Program-made: the position numbers and the translations under genes | Shown here: positions 33,349-43,255 of the stretch, in pieces | Position numbering within the stretch: position 1 is the first letter of the stretch | Layout: every line of letters starts with the position of its first letter | Source of the DNA: an uncultured delta proteobacterium | GTDB lineage: Bacteria > Desulfobacterota > Binatia > UBA9968 | DNA length: 64,000 bases | Direction of reading: 5' to 3' | Assembly: GCA_963727625.1 (NCBI GenBank) | Contig: CAVSHR010000005.1 | Span: 256,001 to 320,000 of the forward strand | The notes under the pieces: model-generated | Seen by the model: the letters and a program-made list of their open reading frames with translations, nothing else | The model's database searches: none | Told to the model about the DNA's origin: nothing

Positions 33349-34071
33349 TCATGGCATCTCTGCCAAGAGCCGTCCGTAGCCCGTCACCGGCTCGTTTAAA
33401 TGAAGGATTTTTTTCGTCGCCCAGACCTGCGCCGGAATGCTCGACAGCACCGTGGTTTTCAAATCCTTCTCGAGCATTTCGATCACCGGCAAATTGTTCC
33501 ACCCCGCGCCGAGCATATAGATGCCGTCCACCGGGCCGTGTTTAAGGAAGGTCTGCTTGGCGAAATTGTAAATCGCCTCGGGCGAGAGTTTGCCAGCGTC
33601 CTTGAACGGCACCTCGATGCCATCCATCGCCCTCACGTCAAAGCCGTCGTCCCGGAGAAATTTCGCGAATCGTTGGTTCATGTCGTCTTGAAAATAGGTG
33701 ATGCCGACCAGTTTCTTCATGCCCAAGGCGCGAAACGCGTCGACCTGGGCGATGGTCGCGACGGTGACGGGAATTTTGTATTTCTTGGTCAAGCTTTCGG
33801 CGATCTCGCGGTCGGCGCCGTGGCCGCGCACCATGGTCGGCGGCGCCCCCATGATCATCACCACATCGGCGCCCAACTCCGCCAAGCGCGCGACCTTTCT
33901 CTCCGCAACGGTCAGGGCCTCTTGCAGTTCCTTTTCGTTACCCGCCCGAATGCCGGCGTGGGCCGGAATAAAGCCGACGCCCTCCGGCATGAGCTTGATA
34001 AAACTCTCCATTGACCCCGGCCGATAGGTTGGCTTAACTAGCCCGACAACTCCGCGCGCGCCGTAATACAT
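33349..34071 (-). CDS. Asp/Glu racemase - maleate isomerase - arylmalonate decarboxylase fold protein
   Basis: YGARGVVGLVKP, LAELGADVV, AFRALGMKKL, VLSSIPAQVW and GYGRLL. The protein contains no Cys. Confidence 0.82.
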   Translation of the reverse strand: MYYGARGVVGLVKPTYRPGSMESFIKLMPEGVGFIPAHAGIRAGNEKELQEALTVAERKVARLAELGADVVMIMGAPPTMVRGHGADREIAESLTKKYKIPVTVATIAQVDAFRALGMKKLVGITYFQDDMNQRFAKFLRDDGFDVRAMDGIEVPFKDAGKLSPEAIYNFAKQTFLKHGPVDGIYMLGAGWNNLPVIEMLEKDLKTTVLSSIPAQVWATKKILHLNEPVTGYGRLLAEMP

Positions 34072-34334
34072 ATTCTTTCCGCTCGCTTTCTAATCTTAGT
34101 ACCCGCTCGAATATCCTAGTCGCAGCAGCTTATCAAGCGGTGAACCGGACGAGGAACTAGATTCGCCAACTTAAGTTGACCCGAGTTTAAAACCCTAGGG
34201 TCGATGCCATGAAGTCCGAGATCGTTGAACCTTGCACCTGGACCATTGAACATGTCTGCCTGCATTGAAACCCACCGGCTGAGAATGCGAGCGTCGACGG
34301 ACGAGAGATGTAACCAGGCACTGAGAATTGGCCG

Positions 34335-35762
34335 TCACTCCTGGCTTGCCTCTCGTATTCGGCCTCGGATCAGTGACGTGAATACTCCCATTGCGCAGAT
34401 CGCTGCGAGGAGGGTCAGCGCGCTTTTCATGCCCGCCATGAACGGCGCTACCGGCACTCGCGCGCCGGAGCGGGCGGAGACCGCGACGCCGCCAAGGTGG
34501 GCGGAAAGCACCGATGTAGCGATGGCGAGGCTGACCGCTTGACCGGTGAAGCGGAAGGTGGAAAGGATCGCGGCGGCGATGCCGTACTGCTTCCTCGCAA
34601 CCGAGCTCATCGCCGCGTTGGTGTTGGGCGAGCTGAAGAAAGCGTGGCCGATGCCGAGGATCATCAGCCGCGCGGCGACGTCCCACCAATGGGCCGCGGC
34701 GCCGAGGCGCGACAAGGACAACACCGATGCCGCGACGATGCTCATGCCGATCGACGAAACGATCCGCGGCTCGACGTGATCGGAGAGCCTGCCGCCCACC
34801 GGCGAAAAGGCGGCCATCATCACCGGCTGCGCCAACATGATCAACCCAGCTTGCGAGGCACTGAAGCCCGGCACGAGCTGCAGGTACAGCGACATAATAA
34901 ACGACACGCCGAAGACCGAGCTGTAATTCAACAAGGCGGTCAGCGTGGAGAAGGCAAACGGGGTGTTTTTGAAAAGCCGGATGTCGAGCAGCGGCGACTC
35001 CAGGCGGCGTTGGTAGAAAAGAAAAAAAGCCAGAACCGCGAAGCCGCCGATCAGCAAGCTGCCCGACAGCAGGGACACCTGTCCCTCCGACAGAGTCAGC
35101 CCCAGGACGATCATGAACAGGGCCAAACCGTAGGTGACGATGGCGATCGGATCGAGACTCTCGGCTTTGCGATCGATTTCTTCCCGCGGCAGTTTGAACA
35201 ACGCCAGCAGGACAACAATAGTACCGATCGGCACGTTGACGTAAAAGACCGAACGCCAGCCGAAGTGCTCGACGAGAAATCCGCCGAGCGACGGTCCCAC
35301 GGACAGCCCGACGTAAACCGTCCCGGTATTGATGCCAAGAACCTTGCCCCGTTCGCTCGCGGGAAACACGCCGGTCAGGAGCGCGATGGAGTTGCCCGCC
35401 ATCATCGCCGCGGCGATCCCCTGGATAAATCTTGTCGCGATCAAGGCGTTAAGCGACGGCGCCAGGCTGCACAACGCTGAAGCGAAGGTAAACAGACCGA
35501 CGCCCAGGGCGTAAATCCGCCCGCGCCCGCGAAGGTCGGCAAGCCGGCCGAACGGGATGACGCAAATCGTCAGACCGAGCACATAAGCGCTGGCGACCCA
35601 GCCGAGCGAAACGACATCGCCGCCCAGGTCTTTGCCGATCGTCGGCAGGGCCAGGGTCACCACGCTGCCATCGAAGGGCGTCATAAACGAACCGAAGGTC
35701 GCGACGATCAAGGTGATCCGCTTGGCGGTGTTGCTGACAGGCTCGGCGGAGTCTCGTTGCAT
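34335..35762 (-). CDS. MFS transporter, DHA2 (EmrB/QacA-like)
   Basis: DGSVVTLALPTI, GRLADLRGR, ERGKVLG, GWRSVFYVNVPIG and ~14 TMs. Confidence 0.93.
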   Translation of the reverse strand: MQRDSAEPVSNTAKRITLIVATFGSFMTPFDGSVVTLALPTIGKDLGGDVVSLGWVASAYVLGLTICVIPFGRLADLRGRGRIYALGVGLFTFASALCSLAPSLNALIATRFIQGIAAAMMAGNSIALLTGVFPASERGKVLGINTGTVYVGLSVGPSLGGFLVEHFGWRSVFYVNVPIGTIVVLLALFKLPREEIDRKAESLDPIAIVTYGLALFMIVLGLTLSEGQVSLLSGSLLIGGFAVLAFFLFYQRRLESPLLDIRLFKNTPFAFSTLTALLNYSSVFGVSFIMSLYLQLVPGFSASQAGLIMLAQPVMMAAFSPVGGRLSDHVEPRIVSSIGMSIVAASVLSLSRLGAAAHWWDVAARLMILGIGHAFFSSPNTNAAMSSVARKQYGIAAAILSTFRFTGQAVSLAIATSVLSAHLGGVAVSARSGARVPVAPFMAGMKSALTLLAAICAMGVFTSLIRGRIREASQE

Positions 35763-36156
35763 CCGCCGATGATAGAGGAATTTATTTTCGACTTCTAACG
35801 GCGGGCGAGAAGCTCGATAAGAATGACCACGCTTCTGCCCTTTGCGGCCCGGAGAAGTTCCCTACTTCTTGCACGTGGGCGCCGCGGCAACTGCACCGGC
35901 GCTCGCCCAATGAATGGGGGCTTGATCGCGAGACGGACACAATCACGACTCACGAACACGGATCCACGCATTGTCGCCCGACGGTAACCTTGAGTTTTCA
36001 ACCTCGCTTAAAGGCGTGCGTGCGAGGGGTCTGAGACTACGCACGACGGCGGCGAATGTTAAATGGAAATTCTTCTAGTGAAAAGAAAATCGAATACAAA
36101 GGTGCGACGCCGGTTTCGTTCCTCGATCGGCGCGCTGACAGCAAGATTAAAGACCG

Positions 36157-36702
36157 CTAGCTTCCCTCGTCTATTGCGCTATCGAGGGAGATCGTTATCC
36201 CGTTTTGTAGCGTAAATACTTCCTTCGTTTCGACGCCGATTCCCTTAGTATGCCAAAGTGTAAGGGTATCGTGACGGTATGACAGCCGCAAAAGTCGGCT
36301 ACCCTTATGATCGAGATAAGACCCAGCCATTCTGAGGACAGGTGCTATGCTAACGAGGTTCTTCACTGGGCCACCACCCCAACTCGATCTAGAAGCTTTG
36401 CCTGCCCGGTCTAAAAGCTCGATATTACTTTGAGTGAAACGGATTGCGGAAAAGGGAAAAAGCGTTGAGCCCGTGATTCTATTATAGTTGTACTTGGCTG
36501 CGTTGAAAATGAGACTCAGAAACGATTTTTTAAGCCCGGGTTTGGGCCCCCATGCGCTCTTTGTTTCTCTATAGATGCCGCTCACTACGTAATCTTGGTT
36601 GTCTGATATCTCTAAATCAAACAATTCCACTCCAAGTTTTTCGAGTCCCTGGCCAACAGCTCGTAACACGAATTGATAATCAACCGTACCGTTCGACTTC
36701 AT
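36157..36702 (-). CDS. Hypothetical protein (AT-richer)
   Basis: 181-aa ORF with two similar segments (VLRAVGQGLE and VLRMAGSYLD). No family recognised. Confidence 0.55.
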   Translation of the reverse strand: MKSNGTVDYQFVLRAVGQGLEKLGVELFDLEISDNQDYVVSGIYRETKSAWGPKPGLKKSFLSLIFNAAKYNYNRITGSTLFPFSAIRFTQSNIELLDRAGKASRSSWGGGPVKNLVSIAPVLRMAGSYLDHKGSRLLRLSYRHDTLTLWHTKGIGVETKEVFTLQNGITISLDSAIDEGS

Positions 36703-37135
36703 AGTTGCTCGATCTTGTCGCGATAGTTTTCGGCTTCGTCGGCAGCGCGCACCGTAGCCATGCCGAATATCGCGGTTGCGTGAGAAATACCCGCTTGTTT
36801 AAGGAAACGCGTTTTCGTCGGCGTCTCTACGTTGCAACCCGCACAGTAACGCAGTGTCGGGGTCAAGAGTATAGAGGGGGTCACAAGAGTATAGAGGCCA
36901 CCCATGAGCCGGCCGGTCAAGAAGGCATAGCGTTTCCCGTGGAGGAGGTCTTTTTATTCCCCCGTCGTATCAGCTCGTCGGCGTTTGATCGTCTAGTTCA
37001 CGCACCCCTGTTTTCGATTGGTCGGCGTCGGATTTTGGCCCGTACCAGTCGGTCTATGATCACAGCACAAGCGGACCATTTGCTACCTCCTCCCGCGGGT
37101 GTCAAGCCTGACACGGTGTCACCCTGTAAGCCAAA

Positions 37136-37897
37136 TTATTTCATTCCCGCCAGCAGCCTTCCCCAGCCTTGCACCGGCGGGATGATGCCGGGGCGCACGA
37201 GATCATTCCATACTTCAGCGCTCATGTTGGTGAAAGTCGGCTTGCCGAATTCTTCTTCCAGAGCTGGGATGACGTGCAGTGCCATCGCCGCGCCGCCCGG
37301 CACCGATATCGCTTCAGCCTCGGGCCATGTTTTTGCCGCCTCACGGCCGACGTCAAGGGCCATTTCCAGGCCTTGTTCCAGAGTCATGGCGAATGAGTCC
37401 GACGCCCACTGGTTACGCTTGGTGATGCCGACGACTTGGATGCCGCCCGCGTCGAGGTAGCGGATAATCGCGTCATTGACCGGGTCCGCCCAGCGGCTGC
37501 CGACCGCGAGCTTGCTGAGGCCAAGATACTTCATGGCGGCAATCAGCGCTTCGAGTGGAGCGTCGGCGGAGATTTCGGTTTTCTCTCTTGTCTGGCGCAG
37601 CAATGCGACCACCCGCGGGCGCGTCAACATCGCGGAGATTGGCGCGCCGCTAAAAATAATATGATCTACTTTTTCTTTGGCCAGCCGGTCGACACAAGTC
37701 CAGTAATTCTCGATCGCTTTCTCGACGCCTTCCTTCGTGTAATTCTCGAGCCCCAGCCCCGTGGAGATTTCCATGAAATCGAGCGGCAGGAGGCGATAGA
37801 GCTGATAGCTGCGTGCGCGCTGGAGGTCTTCATGGGCGCGCGGCTGGATCACCCCATAGCGAAAACGCGGCAGAAGTTTATGTATGTAGTCGGTCGT
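37136..37897 (-). CDS. Asp/Glu racemase-fold protein, second paralog (probable ACG start)
   Basis: LAKEKVDHIIFSGAP, LEEEFGKPTFTN and GWGRLL. AAGGAG lies 9 nt before an in-frame ACG at 37897. The ORF track starts at GTG 37852. Confidence 0.78.
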   Translation of the reverse strand, partial: TTDYIHKLLPRFRYGVIQPRAHEDLQRARSYQLYRLLPLDFMEISTGLGLENYTKEGVEKAIENYWTCVDRLAKEKVDHIIFSGAPISAMLTRPRVVALLRQTREKTEISADAPLEALIAAMKYLGLSKLAVGSRWADPVNDAIIRYLDAGGIQVVGITKRNQWASDSFAMTLEQGLEMALDVGREAAKTWPEAEAISVPGGAAMALHVIPALEEEFGKPTFTNMSAEVWNDLVRPGIIPPVQGWGRLLAGMK

Positions 37898-38184
37898 AAC
37901 GATAAGCTCCTTGAATTTATCCGCTTATAGAAAGTAAGAATAAATCTGTCAAGTTCACTTATTTCCCTGCTTGTTCTTACTGAATCATTCCCACGCATTT
38001 TCGGCTTGAGGCCGTGATTATCCTTTGAGCCCTCCGCGTAATGGACTGGGTTGCGTCATGGTTTTCCTCTTCCGAGTGAAATTCAGGTCTGGCGTGGTTG
38101 CGACGAAGATGGCGGAGGGGTCAGAGCGCCGGATCAGACTTTTACGTTATAACAATTTGAAGGGAAAGTCTGGAAATAAAAGTC

Positions 38185-40009
38185 GATTCTGCTGAAAAAC
38201 CCCGTTGCAAATTTCGATTTGTCGGCGGCTGTAGTTCTGCCAGTGATAATTTTCATTGATGCCTGTCGCAACGGTGAAAAATTCTAACATTTAACCCTCA
38301 TGCGGGGTGTGCCGTCGCCATTTCGACCTGGAAAGCCAGTCGTCTTAAGTATCGTTTCACATTGCAGGCAGCGCCCATCAAGTAATGCGACAGGCTGACT
38401 CGATCGATCCCTCGATATTTGGTCCGCCTCAGCCCATGCCCGCGCACCAACTCGCTATGGGTTCCCTCGATGCCGTTTCTCGGATACAGGGATCGGGAGA
38501 ACTCTGCCCGTTTCATCTCCTTGCGCCGCCGTTCGACCAGATCGTGACGTAATCCAACGACCAGGATTCTGCGCCCGCTCTTGGCACGGGTACATTGTTT
38601 CTGTACAGGACAGGAGTCGCATTGGCTCCCCCACTCCAGACGGTAGTACTCGCTGCCCATGTAGCCGTCCTTGATGTGACTGCATTGAGCGCTGGTTTTC
38701 CCCTGCGGGCAAACCGCCCGCTGATGCTCCACATCGACTTGAAACCCATCGGCGTTGTACGGCCCCTTGTGTGGATCGGGACGGGTCGGACCCAGGAGCT
38801 CCATGGCGTTGTCTTGGGCTTGCGACAAAGTGCTCTCGGTCACATAACCTGCGTCGGCATAGATCGCCTCGGGTTTGATCTCGTGGTGGTGTTGTTGCCG
38901 TTTGAGCGCTTCGGCCAAGCCGGTCTTTTCGTTCTGGGCCGCCTCGGTGGTTAAAATCTCGGTAATAAAATGCTCGCCGGGCTCGGCTTTAACTTTGGCC
39001 GGCTGCGCTGGATCGACACTCTCCACCACGTGGACTTTGTAGCCGACCCACTGCCGGGTTCCCTTGTCGGCGTAATGGGCATCGGGATTATGGGGATTCT
39101 GCACTGCACGTGACGGCCGCGTGCGCCGGAATTGAACGGTAGCGTCTATCACGTCAAACTGTTCCCCAAACACCCGGCGCAACAGTTTGATCGATTCCAT
39201 CTCACTGAGCTTGGGATCGTTCTTGTCGATCCACTCCATCAGCTCTTTGATGTCTTGGCCGCATTGGCGGTAGCGGCTTTGGCGCTCGGCTTTGCTTAAC
39301 CCCCATCCCACTTCGCTCTGCACGTACAACGTCCACAATCTCTCCCAGAACCCGGGCCGCTTGCCGCCACCCAGAACTCCAGCCAAATCCTCCAGCGCCA
39401 AGCGCAGCGTCTCGGCCGCGCATTCCAACCGGCTCATCTCTTTGACGTAGCCCAAGATATGCGTGCTATCGATGCGCTGCTTGCCGGCTCGCTTGAGCAG
39501 TCCAAGTTCGATCAATAGATCAACGATCCCATCAAAGATCACCCGCTCGGCCTGGTTCTCCTCCAGCCGGTCGCGAAAATAAACCAGCACCGTCGGATGA
39601 AACCCTTCATAGGGAAGCTCCAAGTCCAATGCGTACTTCCAGCCCAGATGATAGGCCACTTGTTCGGCGGCCCGGCGATCCGTTACCTTCTCCATGAACT
39701 GCAAAAGCGTCACCCCGCACACTAACACCGGATCGACCGCCGGCCGCCCATTGCTCTCGCAGTAAAGCGTCTCTAACCGCCCTCGAAGCGCTAACAGCTG
39801 GGGCAAAATCTTTTCCCGAAACAGCCGGTATCGGTCGGCAACGCCAAATAACTCGCCGCAGACAAAACTGGTGTGATAAAAACTTCTCTGTGAATCCAAA
39901 CACCGTACGCTCATAACTCAAACTAAAGACTGGCGACAATTTTATCAACGATGATCACTCTATCGCCACTTTAATCTTGAAAAATGCAATGGGGTTTTTC
40001 AGCAGAATC
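38185..40009. mobile_element. IS1182-family insertion sequence (~1.8 kb)
   Basis: 25-bp terminal IRs with 1 mismatch: GATTCTGCTGAAAAACCCCGTTGCA (38185-38209) and TGCAATGGGGTTTTTCAGCAGAATC (39985-40009). Confidence 0.88.
38298..39914 (-). CDS. IS1182-family DDE transposase
   Basis: DUF772-like NGRPAVDP...FRDRL, IDSTHI, GYKVH, ADAGY, CPQG...CDSCP...CT, and IEGTHSEL...GLRRTKYRG. Confidence 0.9.
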   Translation of the reverse strand: MSVRCLDSQRSFYHTSFVCGELFGVADRYRLFREKILPQLLALRGRLETLYCESNGRPAVDPVLVCGVTLLQFMEKVTDRRAAEQVAYHLGWKYALDLELPYEGFHPTVLVYFRDRLEENQAERVIFDGIVDLLIELGLLKRAGKQRIDSTHILGYVKEMSRLECAAETLRLALEDLAGVLGGGKRPGFWERLWTLYVQSEVGWGLSKAERQSRYRQCGQDIKELMEWIDKNDPKLSEMESIKLLRRVFGEQFDVIDATVQFRRTRPSRAVQNPHNPDAHYADKGTRQWVGYKVHVVESVDPAQPAKVKAEPGEHFITEILTTEAAQNEKTGLAEALKRQQHHHEIKPEAIYADAGYVTESTLSQAQDNAMELLGPTRPDPHKGPYNADGFQVDVEHQRAVCPQGKTSAQCSHIKDGYMGSEYYRLEWGSQCDSCPVQKQCTRAKSGRRILVVGLRHDLVERRRKEMKRAEFSRSLYPRNGIEGTHSELVRGHGLRRTKYRGIDRVSLSHYLMGAACNVKRYLRRLAFQVEMATAHPA

Positions 40010-40190
40010 AAGAAAAGACTCCCAACCCCGTTTCCGTGCCCTTGGTCTGCATGTTGTAATCGACCGGCAGAACAATAGCCCGGGAGAAATTTGATGATCT
40101 TTTCCATGGTATCTCTTTCTATGTTCTGGATCGCCTTGACCAGCTCCCACAGGTTGGCTAGATTTGTCCTCGCATCGTGGGGATCACTTT

Positions 40191-41279
40191 ATGCCTGCGC
40201 TCGTGGTCAGAAATCTAACGAAGACCTTTGGCGACGTCGTCGCCGTAAACCATATCGATTTCGACATCCAAGATGGCGAAATCCTCACGCTGCTCGGCCC
40301 CAGTGGGTGCGGCAAGACCACGACATTAAGACTCGTTGCCGGCCTTGAACAACCGGACTCCGGTGAGATCACCATGGGCGACCGAGTCGTAACCTCAACC
40401 GAGACGCGAACATCGGTGCCACCCCAGAACCGGTCCATGGGAATGGTGTTCCAGTCTTACGCGGTGTGGCCGCACATGACGGTCTTCGAGAACGTCGCCT
40501 ATCCGCTGCGAGCCCAAAGCTTTCCCAAAACATCCATAAAAGAAAAAGTGCAGACAGTGCTGGCGATGGTCGGACTCGCCGGTCTGGACGACCGGTCCGC
40601 ATCCCTGCTGAGCGGCGGCCAGCAACAGCGCGTTGCTGTGGCACGGGCACTGGTGTTCGAGCCCAGGCTTCTGCTTATGGATGAACCGCTCTCCAATCTC
40701 GATGCAAAACTGCGTGAACAGATGCGACTGGAATTCCGAAATCTCCAACAGCGCGTCGGTATCACCTGCATCTATGTCACCCACGACCAGGCTGAAGCCA
40801 TGGTGCTGTCAGACCGCATAGCCGTCATGGACTCCGGCAACATTGAACAGCTCGCCGGTCCTCGCGACATTTTCGAGCGGCCCAAGACGGCATCCGTGGC
40901 AGACTTCATCGGCCAGATGAACTACATCGCGTGCACGGTCGTCGATGTCGATACGGGAAAGTGTCGGCTCAAGGTCAACGGCGCCGAGCGCAACACAATT
41001 GAATGTCCAAGCACGGAAGGACTGGCACCAGAAGAACCGATTGTCGCACGGATTAGACCCCATAGCGTAGAGGTCCGCCGATCACCTTCGAGAGATGGGC
41101 GACCCTACCTAGAATGTACAGTCTCAATGGCCGCCTACCTGGGCGATCGTATTGAATATGAATTATCCGTCGGCAACCAGACGATCGCTGCAGCAGGTGA
41201 AGCCTCATTAGAAATTAAGCGCGGCGACAAAGCGTTCGCCGTCTTGGATCCGGCCGCCATCGTCCTCGTCCCGAAATAA
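40191..41279 (+). CDS. ABC transporter ATP-binding protein (FbpC/PotA-like, TOBE domain)
   Basis: GPSGCGKTT, VFQSYAVWPHMTV, LSGGQQQR, DEPLSNLD and YLGD. Confidence 0.94.
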   Translation: MPALVVRNLTKTFGDVVAVNHIDFDIQDGEILTLLGPSGCGKTTTLRLVAGLEQPDSGEITMGDRVVTSTETRTSVPPQNRSMGMVFQSYAVWPHMTVFENVAYPLRAQSFPKTSIKEKVQTVLAMVGLAGLDDRSASLLSGGQQQRVAVARALVFEPRLLLMDEPLSNLDAKLREQMRLEFRNLQQRVGITCIYVTHDQAEAMVLSDRIAVMDSGNIEQLAGPRDIFERPKTASVADFIGQMNYIACTVVDVDTGKCRLKVNGAERNTIECPSTEGLAPEEPIVARIRPHSVEVRRSPSRDGRPYLECTVSMAAYLGDRIEYELSVGNQTIAAAGEASLEIKRGDKAFAVLDPAAIVLVPK

Positions 41280-41393
41280 CTGCCGGTTGTTGGCAATCAC
41301 CGATTCCAAGAGAATTTCGTAACTCCTTACAGAACGGAGCGATCGAACGCGATAAGAAGCATGACCGCACGCTGAAAAGGCCAGCAACGTGTC

Positions 41394-43142
41394 TTACACG
41401 TGGGTGCCGAAGCGGGTGCTTAGCTTCTGCGCCGCAAAGGCCAGCACAATCAAACCCGCGGAAAAAACGCTGACGAACGCAGCCAAATCCACGAGTTGTG
41501 CGTCCTCCCACAGATCGAATATGAAAACGGACACCAATTGGGTTCCCGGACCCGCGAGGAGAACCGCGGTCGATAACTCCTTGATGCTCTGAAGAAAGAT
41601 CCACACCCACGCACCCGTTATGGCAGGCATCAACAATGGCAGCACGATGCGCCGGAACATGTAGCGCCAAGTCGCTCCACACATACGGGCACTTTCCTCG
41701 AGCTCCTTGTGAATCTGAAGAATGCCCGGGTAAAAGAATCGAACCGCATAGGGCAAATAACGAACAATGTAGGCGATGATGATAATCCACAAGGTTCCGT
41801 ATATGGGAATCGGCAGTGAAGCATAGGTCCGCAAGACCGCAAGCCCCAAAACCAGACCAGGAAACACCAGCGGAAAAGACACGAGCCCGTCCAGGGCCCA
41901 ACGCCCGGTCATCTTTGTCCGGATGACCGTCCAGGCGACGATGACCGTAATCAACACGGCAAAAGTAGAGCATGCCGCGCTGACAATGGCACTGTTCTTG
42001 AGGGAGGAAAGAGCCGCCGTGTTTCTGAACACCCTCGGGTAGTTTTCCAGGGTGAGGCGAGAGACTGCCTCCCAGGACGGCTGCATGGAAAACGGCAAAA
42101 AAGATACCCACAGCAATACGATGAGCGGAAGTATGATCAGGGTCGGCAGAATAAGCACGTACGCAATTGTCACGTACTTCCACCTGCCAATATCCAAAAC
42201 TCGTGGCCGAAATCCCTTACCGGTAATCGTCTGAAACTTATGCGCAGCACGTGTGGCCCGCGCGTAGGCGTACAATGCCGCTCCGACCAATGCCAGCAAC
42301 ACCACTGCGTAAGCGCTGGCCACACCATAGTCCGGCGTCGAGGTGAGCTCGAGGGAAATATAGATCTTGGTGATGGGCAAAATGACCTTGGCGGGTAATC
42401 CGATAAGCGCTGGAACTTCAAAGGCTTCCATCGACCGCACGAACGCCAGCAACAACACCGAAAGGATACTCGGCAACGCGAGCTTGAGAGTTATCTGGTA
42501 GGCGGTACGGACGGTTCCCGACCCGGACATGGCAGAGGCTTCCTCCAGGGACGGGTCCATGTGACGCAGGGGCGCAGCCATGAGCAGAAACACTAGTGGC
42601 GCCCAGAGAATTCCTTCGACGAAGATCATCCCGCCCATGGAGAACACGTTGAAGGGAACGTTCTGGAGATTGAACAGTTCCATGAGCGACGTATTGATGA
42701 TGCCCGCTTCGGGGCCCAGGAGAAGAATCCACGCGATACCCTTGGCCACGAGCGGAGTGGCAAAGGAAACCCAGGCGGCGATATAAACGAGACCGCGAAA
42801 TGGTGTATTGGTCCTTTCCACGATCCAAGCCAAGGGAATCCCGAAAATGAGTCCCAGCAAAGCACTCCCGGCGGCGAACACGAAGAGGTTGGTGAGCAGA
42901 GTGAAAGTGGTTGCTTCGAGAACGTTCTCGTAGTGTTCCAGGGTAATGGCGCCCTCGCCAAAGTAGCCAGGATCGACGCTCGTACGAACGAGAAAGAAAA
43001 GTGGCGGCACCACCAGGAAACCCAGCACGCATCCCATTCCGACCAGACCGAGCCACTGGGAATTAGGCGTCCAGGAAGCCAACGCCCCTATGCGATTCCG
43101 GAGAACAGTTTCCATCGAATCGCCACTAACAGAACTACTCAT
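41394..43142 (-). CDS. Fe3+-type ABC transporter permease (FbpB-like, two EAA repeats)
   Basis: IVERTNTP, LEEASAMSG, LEESARMCGA and ~12 TMs. Confidence 0.92.
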   Translation of the reverse strand: MSSSVSGDSMETVLRNRIGALASWTPNSQWLGLVGMGCVLGFLVVPPLFFLVRTSVDPGYFGEGAITLEHYENVLEATTFTLLTNLFVFAAGSALLGLIFGIPLAWIVERTNTPFRGLVYIAAWVSFATPLVAKGIAWILLLGPEAGIINTSLMELFNLQNVPFNVFSMGGMIFVEGILWAPLVFLLMAAPLRHMDPSLEEASAMSGSGTVRTAYQITLKLALPSILSVLLLAFVRSMEAFEVPALIGLPAKVILPITKIYISLELTSTPDYGVASAYAVVLLALVGAALYAYARATRAAHKFQTITGKGFRPRVLDIGRWKYVTIAYVLILPTLIILPLIVLLWVSFLPFSMQPSWEAVSRLTLENYPRVFRNTAALSSLKNSAIVSAACSTFAVLITVIVAWTVIRTKMTGRWALDGLVSFPLVFPGLVLGLAVLRTYASLPIPIYGTLWIIIIAYIVRYLPYAVRFFYPGILQIHKELEESARMCGATWRYMFRRIVLPLLMPAITGAWVWIFLQSIKELSTAVLLAGPGTQLVSVFIFDLWEDAQLVDLAAFVSVFSAGLIVLAFAAQKLSTRFGTHV

Positions 43143-43255
43143 GGTGTTTGCGTAGCGAAAGCATCCAGATGTGCACCAATCAGAGCGCGCGCAGCGAGGA
43201 GCCGCGCCTAAAGCGGCACCCTAGCTGCTGCCGCCCTACGCTCTTTTGGGATGCC

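Noticed and set aside
34130-34200. TTATCAAG (SAM-I-like) and CCGGACGAGG (guanidine-III-like) starts
   Set aside because: The downstream conserved elements and pairing partners are missing.
35795-36060. tmRNA or 6S RNA
   Set aside because: No tRNA-like ends, tag reading frame or long 6S rod is visible. Only the pseudoknot was retained as a finding.
40010-40190. Possible coding remnant on the minus strand next to the IS
   Set aside because: It reads protein-like, but I recognised no family.
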